NCBI GenBank assembly: GCA_951406725.2
Contig: OX597825.1
Span: 1,550,001-1,614,000, forward strand
From: Octopus vulgaris
Lineage: Eukaryota
Direction: 5' to 3'
DNA: 64,000 nt
In this document: in pieces, positions 26,241 through 38,892 of the stretch
Layout: each line of letters opens with the position of its first letter
How positions within the stretch are numbered: position 1 is the stretch's first letter
Translations under genes and position numbers: made by a program
Notes under the pieces: model-generated
Database searches by the model: none
Seen by the model: only the letters and a program-made list of their open reading frames with translations
Told to the model about the DNA's origin: nothing

Positions 26241-26470
26241 CCCGATGACAAAGTTTCCGTCAGCTCATTCCATGTTGGTTGCTAGATCCCAGAAATGGTT
26301 TGTGTGTTTTTTTGGAAATCTGTACTGAAACCAGTCTGCCTGGTAATGTAGATTCGACAGAGACGTCACACATGTTTCTCTCTCTCTCTCAGACAAACTC
26401 ACTAAACTGACTGAACCAAGAAAGAAAAATAAGCAAACATGATGTGTTCAACACCTGTTTATATGGACAG
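26241..26470 (-). other. Candidate non-coding first exon or 5' UTR (upstream boundary uncertain)
   Basis: Unique, non-repetitive sequence ending on the minus strand in ATCGGG|GTAGGT, located at the CpG-decay boundary. Only short ORFs are present. Confidence 0.25.
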
Positions 26471-27150
26471 CTATCTTCGTTCTATTTCATTAGTCGTTGC
26501 TATAAGTAGAAAGATGAAGCTTCTCTCTCTCTCTTCTTTCTTTTCTTTCTCTCCTTCTTACATGATTATCTACACCCGCTAACACACATATTCGTGCACA
26601 TCTGTGTATATTTACTTTGGGAGAAATGTTTACATGTATGTAATTTTTTCTTTTTCTTTATCTGATGTATATCCAGGAATGTATGCGTGTGTGTGAAGCT
26701 AAGTACCTTGCATATTTTTGTGATGTGTGTGGTTTAGAAAAAAAAAAGAAGTTTAGAACATGTGCCTAAGCTTCTGTATATCTGTATATACATCAGTATA
26801 TGCATACACACACACACACAGCTGTGTGCACGTTGACGGAGTAAACACAATATACTCACACACAGTGAAACAAAAAAGGTGTTGCCATTACATATGTATG
26901 TTTTATTTAATTTTTGGTCTATCCTGCACCCTATTACTTATTTAGTGTAAATACATATGTATGCATGCGTGTATATGTATATATATATATATATATACGT
27001 GTGTGTGTGTGTGTGTTCGAAGGCTAAAACAATGCAAACACATTGTGACCAGCGATGTGTAGCAACATCTGATGGTCTGGTTGGTCACGTGATATATATA
27101 TATATAGGTATGGTGATGCAGACAGGAAAATGTCTCCATATACTCCATAT

Positions 27151-27561
27151 ACTCTTTTAGCTCTTTTACTTGTTTCAGTCATTTGACTGCGGCCATGCTG
27201 GAGCACCGCCTTTAGTCGAGCAAATCGACCCCGGGACTTATTCTTTGTAAGCCCAGTACTTATTTTATCGGTCACTTTATCCGAACTGCTAAGCGGCGGG
27301 GACGTAAACACACCGGCATCGGTTGTCAAGCAATGCTAGGGGGACAAACACAGACACACAAACATATACACACACACTTACATATATATACATATATACG
27401 ACAGGCTTCTTTCAGTTTCCGTCTACCAAATCCACTCACAAGGCATTGGTCGGCCCGGGGCTATAGCAGAAGACACTTGCCCAAGATGCCACGCAGTAGG
27501 ACTGAACCCGGAACCATGAGGTTGGTTAGCAAGCTACTTACCACACAGCCACTCCTGCGCC
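27151..27561 (-). mobile_element. SINE family A, near-intact reference copy
   Basis: Minus-strand head ggcgcaggagtggctgtgtggtaag (A box) and ggttcagtcc (B box), central cttgggcaagtgtcttc, internal microsatellite, and a (taaaagag)n-like tail. Confidence 0.93.
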
Positions 27562-27689
27562 TTATAGACATATGACTATATGTATATTTTTATCAATGTG
27601 TAGCAGAGAAGCAACAGGGTGACTCAAGGTCCGAGAGTTTCGTGCATTAACACTTATTAACGCAGGAAACTCGCGGGCTCTGAGGTTAG

Positions 27690-27884
27690 CAACTTCGGTG
27701 GTGAGGGTGGGAGGGGGGTGAGTTGATTTCAGAGACTCCAGTACTCAACTGGTACTTATTTTATCGACCCCAAAAGGACGAAAGGTAAAGTCGACCTTGG
27801 CGAAATTTGAACTCAGAACGTAAAGACGGACAAAATGTTGCTAGGCATTTTGTCCGGCGTGCTAATGATTCTGCCGGCTCACCA
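27690..27884 (-). mobile_element. SINE family B (variant tail)
   Basis: ctggtacttattttatcgaccccaaaaggacgaaaggtaaagtcgaccttggcgaaatttgaactcagaacg...ctgccggctcacc. Confidence 0.88.
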
Positions 27885-28252
27885 TTTAACAACAACAACA
27901 ACAACCACAGCAATGGAAATAATAGTCTCACGTAGCTGATAGTGTCGCAAGAATTAGTCATTGCATTGCCGAATGTTGTCAGAGTTACGATTGATGTTGT
28001 TTACATTGCGTAGCAGTTGATGCAATCATTAATTTTATCTGCTGTAAACAAACTAATTTTACAGCTGATGAAGTTATTAATTAATTGAGCATTTGTGAAA
28101 AAAAAAACCCTCCAAACACGGATGTTTCAGTTCTGACTCCTTGCATTCAGCAGGCGCGTGTGTTAATGGTTCTAGGCCTCTACCTTTGTTTACCGTTTTT
28201 TTTTTATAATTCTCTTCAAATCTTGCACGCTTTATGCAAATATTAAATCATC

Positions 28253-28495
28253 GGTACTGCTTAAGAACAGTGGTCCCGGTGCGCACACTTGCGTACTCGC
28301 GCATCCGCGCTTGCTAGTCGTGACTAGTCGATCCTACAACGACTACATAGCAAAGTAAATGAAACACTAAATAAATAATTTTTGTTAAACAAAGTAAATA
28401 AAACACAAAGTAAGGATCGACTAGTCATGACTAGCTAGCGCGGATGCGCGAGTACGGGAGTGCGCGCACCGGGACCACTGTTCTTAAGTAGTACC
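28253..28495. mobile_element. MITE with 83-bp GC-rich TIRs and a 9-bp TSD (Merlin- or Mutator-like)
   Basis: Arms 28253-28335 and 28413-28495 are reverse complements with about 6 mismatches. Termini are GGTAC...GTACC. Flanks are taaatcatc and taaatcatg. Confidence 0.88.
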
Positions 28496-28713
28496 TAAAT
28501 CATGCCAGTACTTGACAGTTACTTCTTTCAACCGGTCCCAAAAGGACGAATATCAAAATATAAGTCGGAAGTTATGAAAGGAGATCGTTAAGAGGAATAA
28601 CTTATGTCGGGAACTGGTTTCAAGATATGCGATTTCACTCGGGAAACAATATTGCAGACCAATGGTTCCCAACATGTTAAGCTGACAGACTTTCCAATAT
28701 TCTGGGTCCGTGG

Positions 28714-28934
28714 GGCGGCGAGCTGGCAGAATCGTTAGCACGCCGGGCGAAATGCCTAGTCTGCCGTTACGTTCCGAGTTCTAATTCCGCCGAGATCGAC
28801 TTCGCCTTTCATCCTTTCGGGGTCGATAAATTAAGTACCAGTTACGCACTGGGGTCGATGTAATCGACTTAATCCATTTGTCTGTCCTTGTTTGTCCCCT
28901 CTATGTTTAGCCCCTTCTGGGTAATAAAGAAACA
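28714..28934 (+). mobile_element. SINE family B, near-intact, with an 18-bp TSD
   Basis: ggcggcgagctggcagaatcgttagc (A box) and gagttctaattcc (B box). TSD aatattctgg(g/a)tccgtgg at 28696-28713 and 28935-28952. Confidence 0.95.
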
Positions 28935-30496
28935 AATATTCTGGATCCGTGGAAAAATTAATTTAATTAAAAGGGGTCGTTGGTAGTGAAATGTACATAT
29001 TTTCACTCCTATTTCATTTGATTTTTCAATCCTGGACTAATGTTTAAGTGTTTGTTTCTTAATTTTTACGCTTTTAAAAATATTTGCTGGGGCCGAGGTA
29101 AAGTCGGATAAATTGACTTAAGTCTGAAAAGGACGGGAATGTCAGGTTTATCTAAACTTTAGATTCTGAAAGAAGGATAGCAAATTGACCTAAAATCTGC
29201 TGTTGGGGTTTGCAAATGTTGTACTTTATTTGTACAATTCTCAAACTTCCAGGTATATTTTGAATTATTTGAAATCTACCTTTGGGGAATATAAAGATCG
29301 GGGTAACGTTTCATACGAAATTTATAAGATTTGTTTCACTTTGACAGGATAAAAAAAAACAACAACCCTATATTTAAATTAGGATAATGAAAAAAATATA
29401 AGGACATTCTTGATGTTGACTGAGAATTGAAACCAGGATGCTGGAAGGTATTTCTTCCTGCTGTACGAGACTCGACACCTGAGTTCAATTAAGAGAAGCT
29501 GACGCAATAGATGGATTCTGGTTATAACACTACAGTTTATCAAGAGACAGAACACAGAAATGGATTTTATGATGTAAAATATTCTAATTAACCATTAAAA
29601 GTACTATTTCTGAATTGTGATGTCTCAGTGGAAACTTATTATATTTTTGTAAATAAAATATATAAAGCTTTTAGGATAACATTCAGAAAATCTATTCAAC
29701 AGACTATTTGGACCCTCTAGTTTACATAATGCTTGCATTGAAACAACAAAATCCTCTTAAACTGTGGACTTTTGAGAATCTACAATGTGAAAGATCAATT
29801 TTATATTATTCTAGAAAATTTCCTCGCCATTTACGCCAACATTCAAATTATCTGATTGTTTCCTCTTCTAAAGAAAGTAATCGATTGAGATACATAAAGG
29901 TATTGATTATTAACCTACTACTAGGAAAATATATATTAAAAGACAGTTTCAATATGAGAGAAGATTTATAGAGAGCTTTTGGAAATATAGCCAGCATATT
30001 ACTTGTTCAGCGAAGAGAAAGTAATACCAGTTTAAAACGAAAATCCTTATATTTCTCATGAGCCATTTTTCAGATATAAACATTATATGGAAGAAGTAAC
30101 TCTCTCCCACTAAATGATTGAGTACACTCTCTGTATGTTTAAAAGATATTTTACAGAGGAAGAAAAATTCGATTAGAAAAGAAACGCATACAATTATCGT
30201 AGACTGCTATTAAATTGTTATGTAGAATTATTATTTTTCTCTGTCTTTTCTTCTTCTTTAAATGCAGTGAACTGACTCGGTTTCCATAAAGAAAACTTCT
30301 GAGACGGATGGAGGTGGGGGGTGGATGGGGGGAATATTGGACGAGCATGCAAAGTTTATGACAGGGGTAATAATTGATAGAAAGGGTTATATGTGGGAGG
30401 ACAGGGAAAAACTAAATAAATAACAGGTTGATGAAAGAGGAGGAGTAAACCTATCGGAAGAGGAAGGAAACTGAAAGTATCATACAACATGCAGAA

Positions 30497-30559
30497 ATAT
30501 ACATACATATATATATATATACACACACACTATATATATACACACATATATATATATAC

Positions 30560-30592
<33 letters not shown>

Positions 30593-30627
30593 CACACATA
30601 CATATATACATATACACACACACGCAC

Positions 30628-30660
<33 letters not shown>

Positions 30661-30723
30661 TATATATATATACACACACACATATATATATATACATACA
30701 TATATACATACATATATATACAC

Positions 30724-30816
<93 letters not shown>

Positions 30817-30832
30817 CACACACACACACACA

Positions 30833-30925
<93 letters not shown>

Positions 30926-30945
30926 GAGAGGGAGAGAGAGAGAGA
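30497..30945. repeat. Compound (TA)n/(CA)n/(GA)n microsatellite
   Basis: Directly visible. Confidence 0.97.
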
Positions 30946-31278
30946 GTATTATAAATAGAATATAAAACCAGAAATTCGTACATGGAGATTAATTGGGACG
31001 CAGATAAATGCAAGAAAATAGACTAAGTACAAAAAAAAGAAAGAAAAAAAAGAAGTGGATAAAATACGTTCAATGGAAATATGCATTAAATAAAATTGCA
31101 GAGTGGAGAGAGAGAGAGAGAGAGAGAGAAAGAGTGTAGCGGGATATTTAATGGCCAACATGTAGAGTCTGGAGGAAGCGAAGTGGAGACACTATATATA
31201 ATAAAGTGTAATGGAGATAAATTAAGGCAAAGAAGAGATTATGAGATGTGAATATATATATATGGATATATATATATG

Positions 31279-31319
<41 letters not shown>

Positions 31320-31348
31320 AATATATCTTAGAAATGAGAAGCTACACG

Positions 31349-31385
<37 letters not shown>

Positions 31386-33296
31386 AGTAAATAGAGAAAG
31401 AAAAAGGCATAATTGAAGACAATTTAGATACAAGAAATCATAATGGCAGGAAATATATATCCTAAAAAGTTAAAGTAAATATATTCTAGACAGTGGTGAG
31501 TATGTATGTGTGTGTGTATGTATATATATATATGTATATGTATATATAATTAGATGTATGTAAAAATGGGTTAGTAAATAACGCTATAAATTAAAGAATA
31601 TTCGAAAAATTAAAGGAGAGCATATAAAGTGGGAAAGGAGGGGAAAGAAGGAGAAAGAGTCGGAGAGAGAGGAGAGAAGAGATGAATTATGTTGGCAGAC
31701 AGAGATACGAGCAAGTATTTTGCAATTTTGAAAATTGTACAGCAATGAATTGCCATGCTACGCTCGACGAGCATCAGATTTGAAACTAAAAAGTCTGTTT
31801 ATTCTGGTTCCATTTTAGCGAAACTGAATTCGATGGAAATCTTCAAAGCTCACCAGGGTTCGAACTTGGATCGAGTTTCGCTGTTTCTACATAGACATTT
31901 ATTTTTATAGCAAGAAATCACTTCTTTGCTGTAAACAAAACCTATTTCTGATAAGATATTGACGATACAGCTTCTAAATAATTATACAACTTTTTAGAAA
32001 TAGCAACCAAATCTTCCCTTGAATCACAACCTACCGTTTTAATTATGAAATGTATTCTTGGGTATCTTTATATGAAGACGAAATGGTTTTGGCGGCAACT
32101 CTTTGATCTTTTTAGTCTTTTCGACCAGAACTAATCTGGTACTTAAACAACAACAATTGAATATCACGCATTTATTATTATCACTTTCGTCTAAGTTTCT
32201 TTTGTTGGAGGTAAATATGAAAATACGTACTTGTATTTCTAAACAAAAGCCAAACGTGTTATATAATAAAAAATGTGTATTTATGAGAGGAAATAAAAAT
32301 GTTGAGTACCCACCGGGTTTTCATAGGAGGAAGCCTAATTCTCACATGAGTATTCTTTGTAATTGTACGTATAGATTTGTTTGGGAAAGACAACATTTTC
32401 ATTAGTCATAAATGAACAATGAATTCAATTAAGTAGGAAATTGTTTTGATGAAAACACACAAGTACTTCGTGGCATGAAGTTCAACAATGGACCACTCAG
32501 TCAGGGAAGAGTGTAACGGTGTCATTAATAAAAAGAACTTACGAGTACCAAGAAATTCAAATGCCAAAATAGATTTAATATTCCGGCTTGGAAACTCTGG
32601 GCGGCTAAGTTTCCCATAGATTTTGTGTGGTTTTTCTTATTAATAATAATAATGATTGTTTCAAATTTTGGCACAAGGCCGGCAGTTTGAGGGGCGGCGA
32701 CAGTCGACCACATCGTTTTGGTATTCCCCTGGAACTAATTTTACGGACCCCGAAGGGACGAGAGGCGAAGGAATAATAATAACGCTGCGCGCGCACACAC
32801 ACAGTCTTCGATTGAACATTTGGAAACATTTGCACTGAAAGGGCTGGGGACAGGGAATCGGTAAATCGTCAATCACGATTCTTCTTAGCGTTCTGAGTAC
32901 AAATTCTAGCGTAGTGACTGTCATATGTTATCCTTCGTACGTTTATAAAGTAATATACGAGTTAAGATATGCTGTGTTCTGCATTCCTACAGAGTAATTT
33001 AGATGTAAATGAAATTATAATAGAAAACACATCTTTCGAACTAATGAGGGATCCGTTAAGTGGTTGCTCAGAGTCTCAACGCGCTAGATATAGCAGCCAA
33101 ATATCCATCAAATCATTGCCTTAAAAGTGGAGGACATGATATAAGGTGAGGTACCTATCTACTTGAAAAATAAAAGCTGGGATGGTCATGGCTCGACACG
33201 CTTGGCCATCGGTCAGCTCCATCATGGCCGATCTGTTGTTAAACATCAATCACAAAATCAACGTCCACAGTTCTGCAATGTATGGCAATATATTTA

Positions 33297-33694
33297 TCTC
33301 TCTCTATATAAAGCTAAAGCTAAAGGTGTCTGTGTATGGCAGGTTTGGTAGCCTTCAACTAACACTATCTCCTCCGAGACCCTGCGTCGCAAGTTGACCA
33401 AAATTGAGAGTATGATAGAAGAAGGCTTGCTCTTCCTTCCGTAGGAGAGAAAATTCAAATCGGACCATGTTAACACCAAAAATTATTTACATAAAAAAGG
33501 TGCTTTTTTTCTATGAAAATCCCTATTTTTTACGATTTTTTGACTGTTGTGTTGCCATTTTTCGGTGTATTTCAGCTAGAAAAATGTTCACTTAAAGAGA
33601 ATAACAAGTTACATAATGCCAAAATTTTACTTTTCAAAAATTGCAGTTCTAAAGGATTGAAACAAACCCGAGCAACGCCGGGCGATACTGCTAG
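33297..33694 (+). mobile_element. Non-autonomous Helitron (second family)
   Basis: Starts A|TC tctctctctatataaagct. Subterminal hairpin cccgagc-aac-gccggg, then gatactgCTAG|T. Confidence 0.8.
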
Positions 33695-34204
33695 TATTAT
33701 CTAAAAGTAACTTTTCTTTTGCTGTATTCTATGACAAATCATAAATGGCCCATGCTTTCTTCATTCCATGTATGTGTTACCCATAGATCGAGCCTGTTGA
33801 CGCAACCAAGTTGCTGCAGAACGGTTTTTAACACTCGATTTTGAATTCTGTGCCAGCATCCTCTCCGTACACAACCTACAGGTTCTTGCAGGTTTCCACT
33901 GCTTTCTTGCCTGTTTTTAAAATAAAGCATGAAGTAGCGATAATGTTTGGTTTGGTTTTCCATTTTCAGGGTGGTGGTCAGGCATGGAAAATGCAACGTT
34001 TCTTGTTAGACTTGAAACCAGTTGGACTTGAGAATTTCTAAGCAACCAATATTCTAAAGTATATGAAAGCTTGGTTATTTTGAAAACACAGATATACACA
34101 CAGAGACGTATGTATGTATGTATGTATGTATGTATGTATGTATGTATGTATGTATGTATGTATGTATGTATGTATGTATGTATATATACACACGCACTAC
34201 TAAA

Positions 34205-34255
34205 GCTTATATTACAACAATAACTTCGCCATTCTATGGTTCTTCAGGAAACACG
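34205..34255 (-). ncRNA. Decayed hammerhead-like core downstream of a Penelope GIY-YIG remnant
   Basis: Minus strand reads cCTGAAGA-ACCAT-aga-ATGGC-GAAG. CUGANGA and stem II are present, but position 10.1 and A15.1 are mutated. Confidence 0.35.
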
Positions 34256-34943
34256 TGAGATAATGTTACCAGCTTTATTATCCGGCTTTCAAATATTGTG
34301 AAACGGAATGGAGGCAAACCGTTGAATTAATGGTAGATTATTTGATTTATCCGACGTGACTTTTCCCTAGTTGCTGGGTCTGTGCAGTTTTTATGACTGG
34401 GTGTTCCTGTAAACGGTTTCATATTTGCATGTGTGTGTGTGTGTTCTCAATGTGCCTGTGGATTTCTTGAAATGCTATAAATTCATTTCGTAGTTGTGTG
34501 TTCTATTTCCGAAGTGTGTGTTTTCATTGGCTGTTTATATCAAAGGATTTCTGTGTTTCTGTCTTTGCTTAACAGTTTGATGTGTGTGTATGTGTGTCTG
34601 TTGAAGTGTATGCATTTGTGTGTGTGTGTGCCTATCTGCGTGTGCGTGTAGAAATGACTCGATGGCTGTGAATGCGTGAATTTAATAAAAGAATGCACTT
34701 CCTCTTTGTTTGTTTTTGAAAACGAATTGTTTTAGGTGTAAACAATCCAATTTATTAAATTATGGTATGCAAATTTATTTTGGGAGAGATCATGGTATTG
34801 GTATGTTGCAGAGGCCACTCTGACGTTATTACTAATTAAGGCGAAAAATATTATCCGAGAAGGGAAATGGATATCTCAGGCTTTGTTTGGATTTCATGTT
34901 ATTGTTTATGTACATTAATGGTATTTCAGAAGTAATCTCTGCA

Positions 34944-35300
34944 TGTGAGGGCATGAACAATTTAATTATGGACGTTTATTCAATGTTTTAGTTTGGTGTT
35001 TCATGATTGATAGCTTTCCTAGAGTACAAAGGTTACAGAAATCATTTCATTGTGTGTAAGCTGATGCTTTATCTAAAAGTCATGATTAATGATATGAGGG
35101 ATTTCTCAAAGACTTGATACGAGTTGTTAGCCTTGTGTTCAGTCTTCTTCGGAAAGTTCTAAATGCATATGTTTGTTGATACAATCTTCCTTAAATTGAC
35201 TAACAGTCATCCTAATTCATTCACTGTACATCCATAAGAGATATTACCTCCGGGCGAATACCGCAGTTAATTTGCTTAACCGCGATGTGTTTGCATTAAG
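34944..35300 (-). pseudogene. Penelope-like element GIY-YIG endonuclease C-terminal remnant
   Basis: Minus translation with stops and frameshifts: GMTVSQFK...LDKASAYTQ*NDFCNLCTLGKLSIMKHQTKTLNKRP*LNCSCPH. This matches the Penelope pattern ...ASAY...CNLC..EK..I....LNKR.EL...CRH. Confidence 0.7.
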
Positions 35301-36249
35301 TTAAGTTTGACACATAAATGGCCATTTTATTTTAGAACTGCTTTTGTTGAACTTAAAACGTATTTATTCAGCCGGGCAACTAATTGCAACACCAGTGCAT
35401 TTTCAATCATTGTTTTCCTTTACCAGTCACTACAGATTTTTTCTTTCCATGCGATCAACACTCAATACATGCAACTGACAAACCCCCAAAAGACAGAAAT
35501 GTGCCTCTAGCTTTCTCACCCCCGCTGCAGGATCATCTTCATTCACAGTTGATATATTTTTGTGTTTCTAAACACGCTTATCTCCGGATGAGAATGATAC
35601 ACAGATCGCCACATATTTAATGTACAGAGTGACTTCATTTTTTTTTACGACTGTAGGTTTGATTTGATGGAGATTTAGCTGTTATTTTTAGCTGACTTGA
35701 CTCGGTAAAGATTTCCTCGTTGGCTAATATAATATATAGAATAGTAAAGTGGTACGTTTAACTTGCGCCAGCTCAATGTGTTGTTATAAGAGATCAAATT
35801 TGACCAATGTAAGCGTTGGTGTAAAGAGCATCTATGGACTCACTTGATAGAGAGATATAGCGTCATATCAAACATCGTTAAAAAGGAAGATTATATTCGA
35901 TAATCTACTCCTCGGTGCACCATGTCTGAAACTAGGAAGTAAAAATGGATGAAGAGAGAAATGTGAAAGGAAAAAAAATGCGAGCGAGATGCGCTAGAAT
36001 AGGCAATGACTTTTTGCATTTCCTAAACACTTAAGGAAAATAATGATATCGGCCTAATGAAGAGAGGTCTCTATACAGTCGCTCAACTTGCTATATATTG
36101 CAAATAAGTTCCATTCGAATCAAATCCTACAAAAAATGTAGTTCTAGGTTTATTTTGCCTCAAACAGTTCGGTCAAAAAATGTTGATCAAAGGCTAAACA
36201 AAAAAATTTCATATTTTATGCATATATAACATTTATGAAACCACTTTAA

Positions 36250-36331
<82 letters not shown>

Positions 36332-37277
36332 CATACATAAACTAGTTTAATAGACTTTAAACTATGATTAATAGCTGTCATTAGCTCTTTGTAAGTTAAC
36401 GGCGCTAATATAGTTGACCTGTTCTTATTTTTGTACAACTATTTGTGCATGTGTTTGAATGAAATATATTTCTAACGAAGTCACCAGGTAAAACATTTGT
36501 GGGGAGGTTTTATAGACGAGTTTTGAGTGGTATGGAGTTGACCTCGGCAGGTTTGAACTGAGAACCTATTCATATAATCTAATACTGCAAGGCATTTTAT
36601 TCGACAATCAATAAATCAAATGGAGTCTTTTTAATAAAATAAGGGTTTCTAACATTAACCACGCTGGTTGCACATTTTAGGGGAGGGAACAGACAATCTG
36701 AACAACTCCGTACTTAGCTGGTACTTTATTTTATCGAGTTGAAAAGATAAAAGGCAGAAGTGACCTTTGCAAAATTTGAACCCAGAAACAAAGAAATGCA
36801 ACAAAAATATGGAAAGGCATTTCATGGGAAGATCCACCAATTTTGCCAATCAACCGTTCTTTTGAACGAAATAATGACCAACACTATTAATACAATCCTC
36901 CGAGTAAACATATGCATAACACAACAGCCTGCTGTTAATACCTTCTCATCTGATTCAAAGCGAAAACTAAGACCTCTCAGGTTCATAACGTGTCATAACG
37001 AATTGGATGATCCATTATCTGTGCAACCTCAAAGAATGGGAAAAAATCTTTCCCCACAAACCAGTAATGTCAAATCCACATCACTCGCTGTCCGTAAATA
37101 TTTCAAGCTAGGAGAATTTATACAGCATATTTGCAAAGCGAAATGATTTAATGTGCTTTGATTCAGTAGTAAAAGAGTCACGCGCTAACAGCTTGCTATT
37201 ATAATCTCTTCAAGGAACACCGCCGCAAATTTATGCTATTTTGGATTTGCGCTCAAGTTAGCCAAATGCATTCGCCT

Positions 37278-37382
<105 letters not shown>

Positions 37383-38229
37383 TATCGATTTTTTTCCGAG
37401 TTGGCACAGTCAGTGTTTTAAGTGGAGATAGTGGAGAAGTAAAAATCGATTAACTTCATAGGGGTATCTTACTGGTACATATTCTATTAACTCCATGGTG
37501 ATTGAGCCTGAGAAGGAACTTTTATGATGTTGATCGACCTGCTAGAAAAAATAGCCAAAACTCCCTCCGATCATACCTTACTGTCTTAAATAAATGACAT
37601 ACATATTAAACAAAATATTATCAGTTACAAAGAAATACAGGATGGTCACAGAAGGATTGTCTTTGGTTACAATTCTGCTGGATTAGAGCTAACTCGTATA
37701 ATGACTGTCTTACTCAAGCTAGCCAAGGAACATTTATATGGTTATTCCACCTGCTAAAATAGCAGCCAAACTTTCCTCAAATCACACACTCCTGCAGGGC
37801 CGTTTTGGGAGCATTTAAGATCCTAGGGTAAGTCAATGTACTGAGCCTTATATTATTTGTTTATTGACAACAAATCCCAGGATGCATCTCTCAGAACTGA
37901 GCCTGATGACCGGTAAAGTCCCTGGGCAAATCAATATATTGGGTCCAATAGTATTTATTGACACAAGCCACGGCATACATAGATCAGATATGGGCCCATA
38001 GGCTTGTAAGGTACAGGACAAATGTCCCGTGGTCTTCAAAAAGCGGTAAGGAACACGTGACAAAATTGTCATAGAAAGAAAAAAAAACAAAGTAGGACGG
38101 TACACGATGAAAACTCCTTTTGATTATAAAGCTACTCAATTGGAACTGTCACGGAGCCAAAATGGGGCCAAACAACAGCAAAAAACGCTTTAATGATGAA
38201 ATGTGAAATAGAAACTTGTCTGGTTTGAA

Positions 38230-38460
38230 GGCGGCGAGCTGGCAGAAACGTTAGCACGCTGGACGAAATACTTAACGGTATTTCGGCTGACGCAACATTG
38301 TGAGTTCAAATTCCGCCGAGGTCGACTTTGCCTTTCATCCTTTCGGTGTCGATTAAATAAGTACCAGTTACGCACTTCGGTCGATATAATCGACTTAATC
38401 CGTTTGTCTGTCCTTGTTTGTCCCCTCTGTGTGTAGCCCCTTGTGGGTAGTAAAGAAATA
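38230..38460 (+). mobile_element. SINE family B, full length
   Basis: Near-identical to the 28714 copy. Imperfect TSD agaaacttgtctggtttgaa / agaaagtcgtctgttttgaa. Confidence 0.93.
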
Positions 38461-38686
38461 AGAAAGTCGTCTGTTTTGAACTCAGAACGGCGAAATGCTG
38501 AAGTAAATATATACGGTGCATTTAAGCCGACGTGCTTACTCTTTGGATTATATATCATTGAGAAGCTATTTTTTTGTGAAATGCGGGAGTTGGAATAATC
38601 TTGTATGTTGTTGAATGAAAGAAAAAACAACAAACGAACCAGGTGTTTCGGCAGCTGTCCGTTCGTCTGGATTAATTACAATAACG

Positions 38687-38892
38687 ATTGTTTCAAATTT
38701 GGGTACAAGGCCAGCAATTTTTGGGGAGTGGGTGAGTAGACTACGTCATCTCTAGTGCTGAACTGGTACTTATTTTATCGACCCCCGAAAGGATGACAGG
38801 TAAAGCCGACTTCGACAGAATTTGAACTCAGAACGTGAAGACGGACAAAATGCCGCTAAGCGTTTTGCTTGTCGTGCTAGCGATTCTGCCAA
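38687..38892 (-). mobile_element. SINE family B (variant tail)
   Basis: gtttcaaatttgggtacaaggccagc...ctggtacttattttatcgacccccgaaaggatg...tttgaactcagaacg...cgattctgcca. Confidence 0.9.

Noticed and set aside
36760-37146. 128-aa ORF
   Set aside because: It starts within a decayed SINE-B, has a GTG start, and shows no recognisable domain or splice support.
37795-38050. Possible hAT MITE starting CAGGGCCG
   Set aside because: The right TIR and an 8-bp TSD could not be identified.
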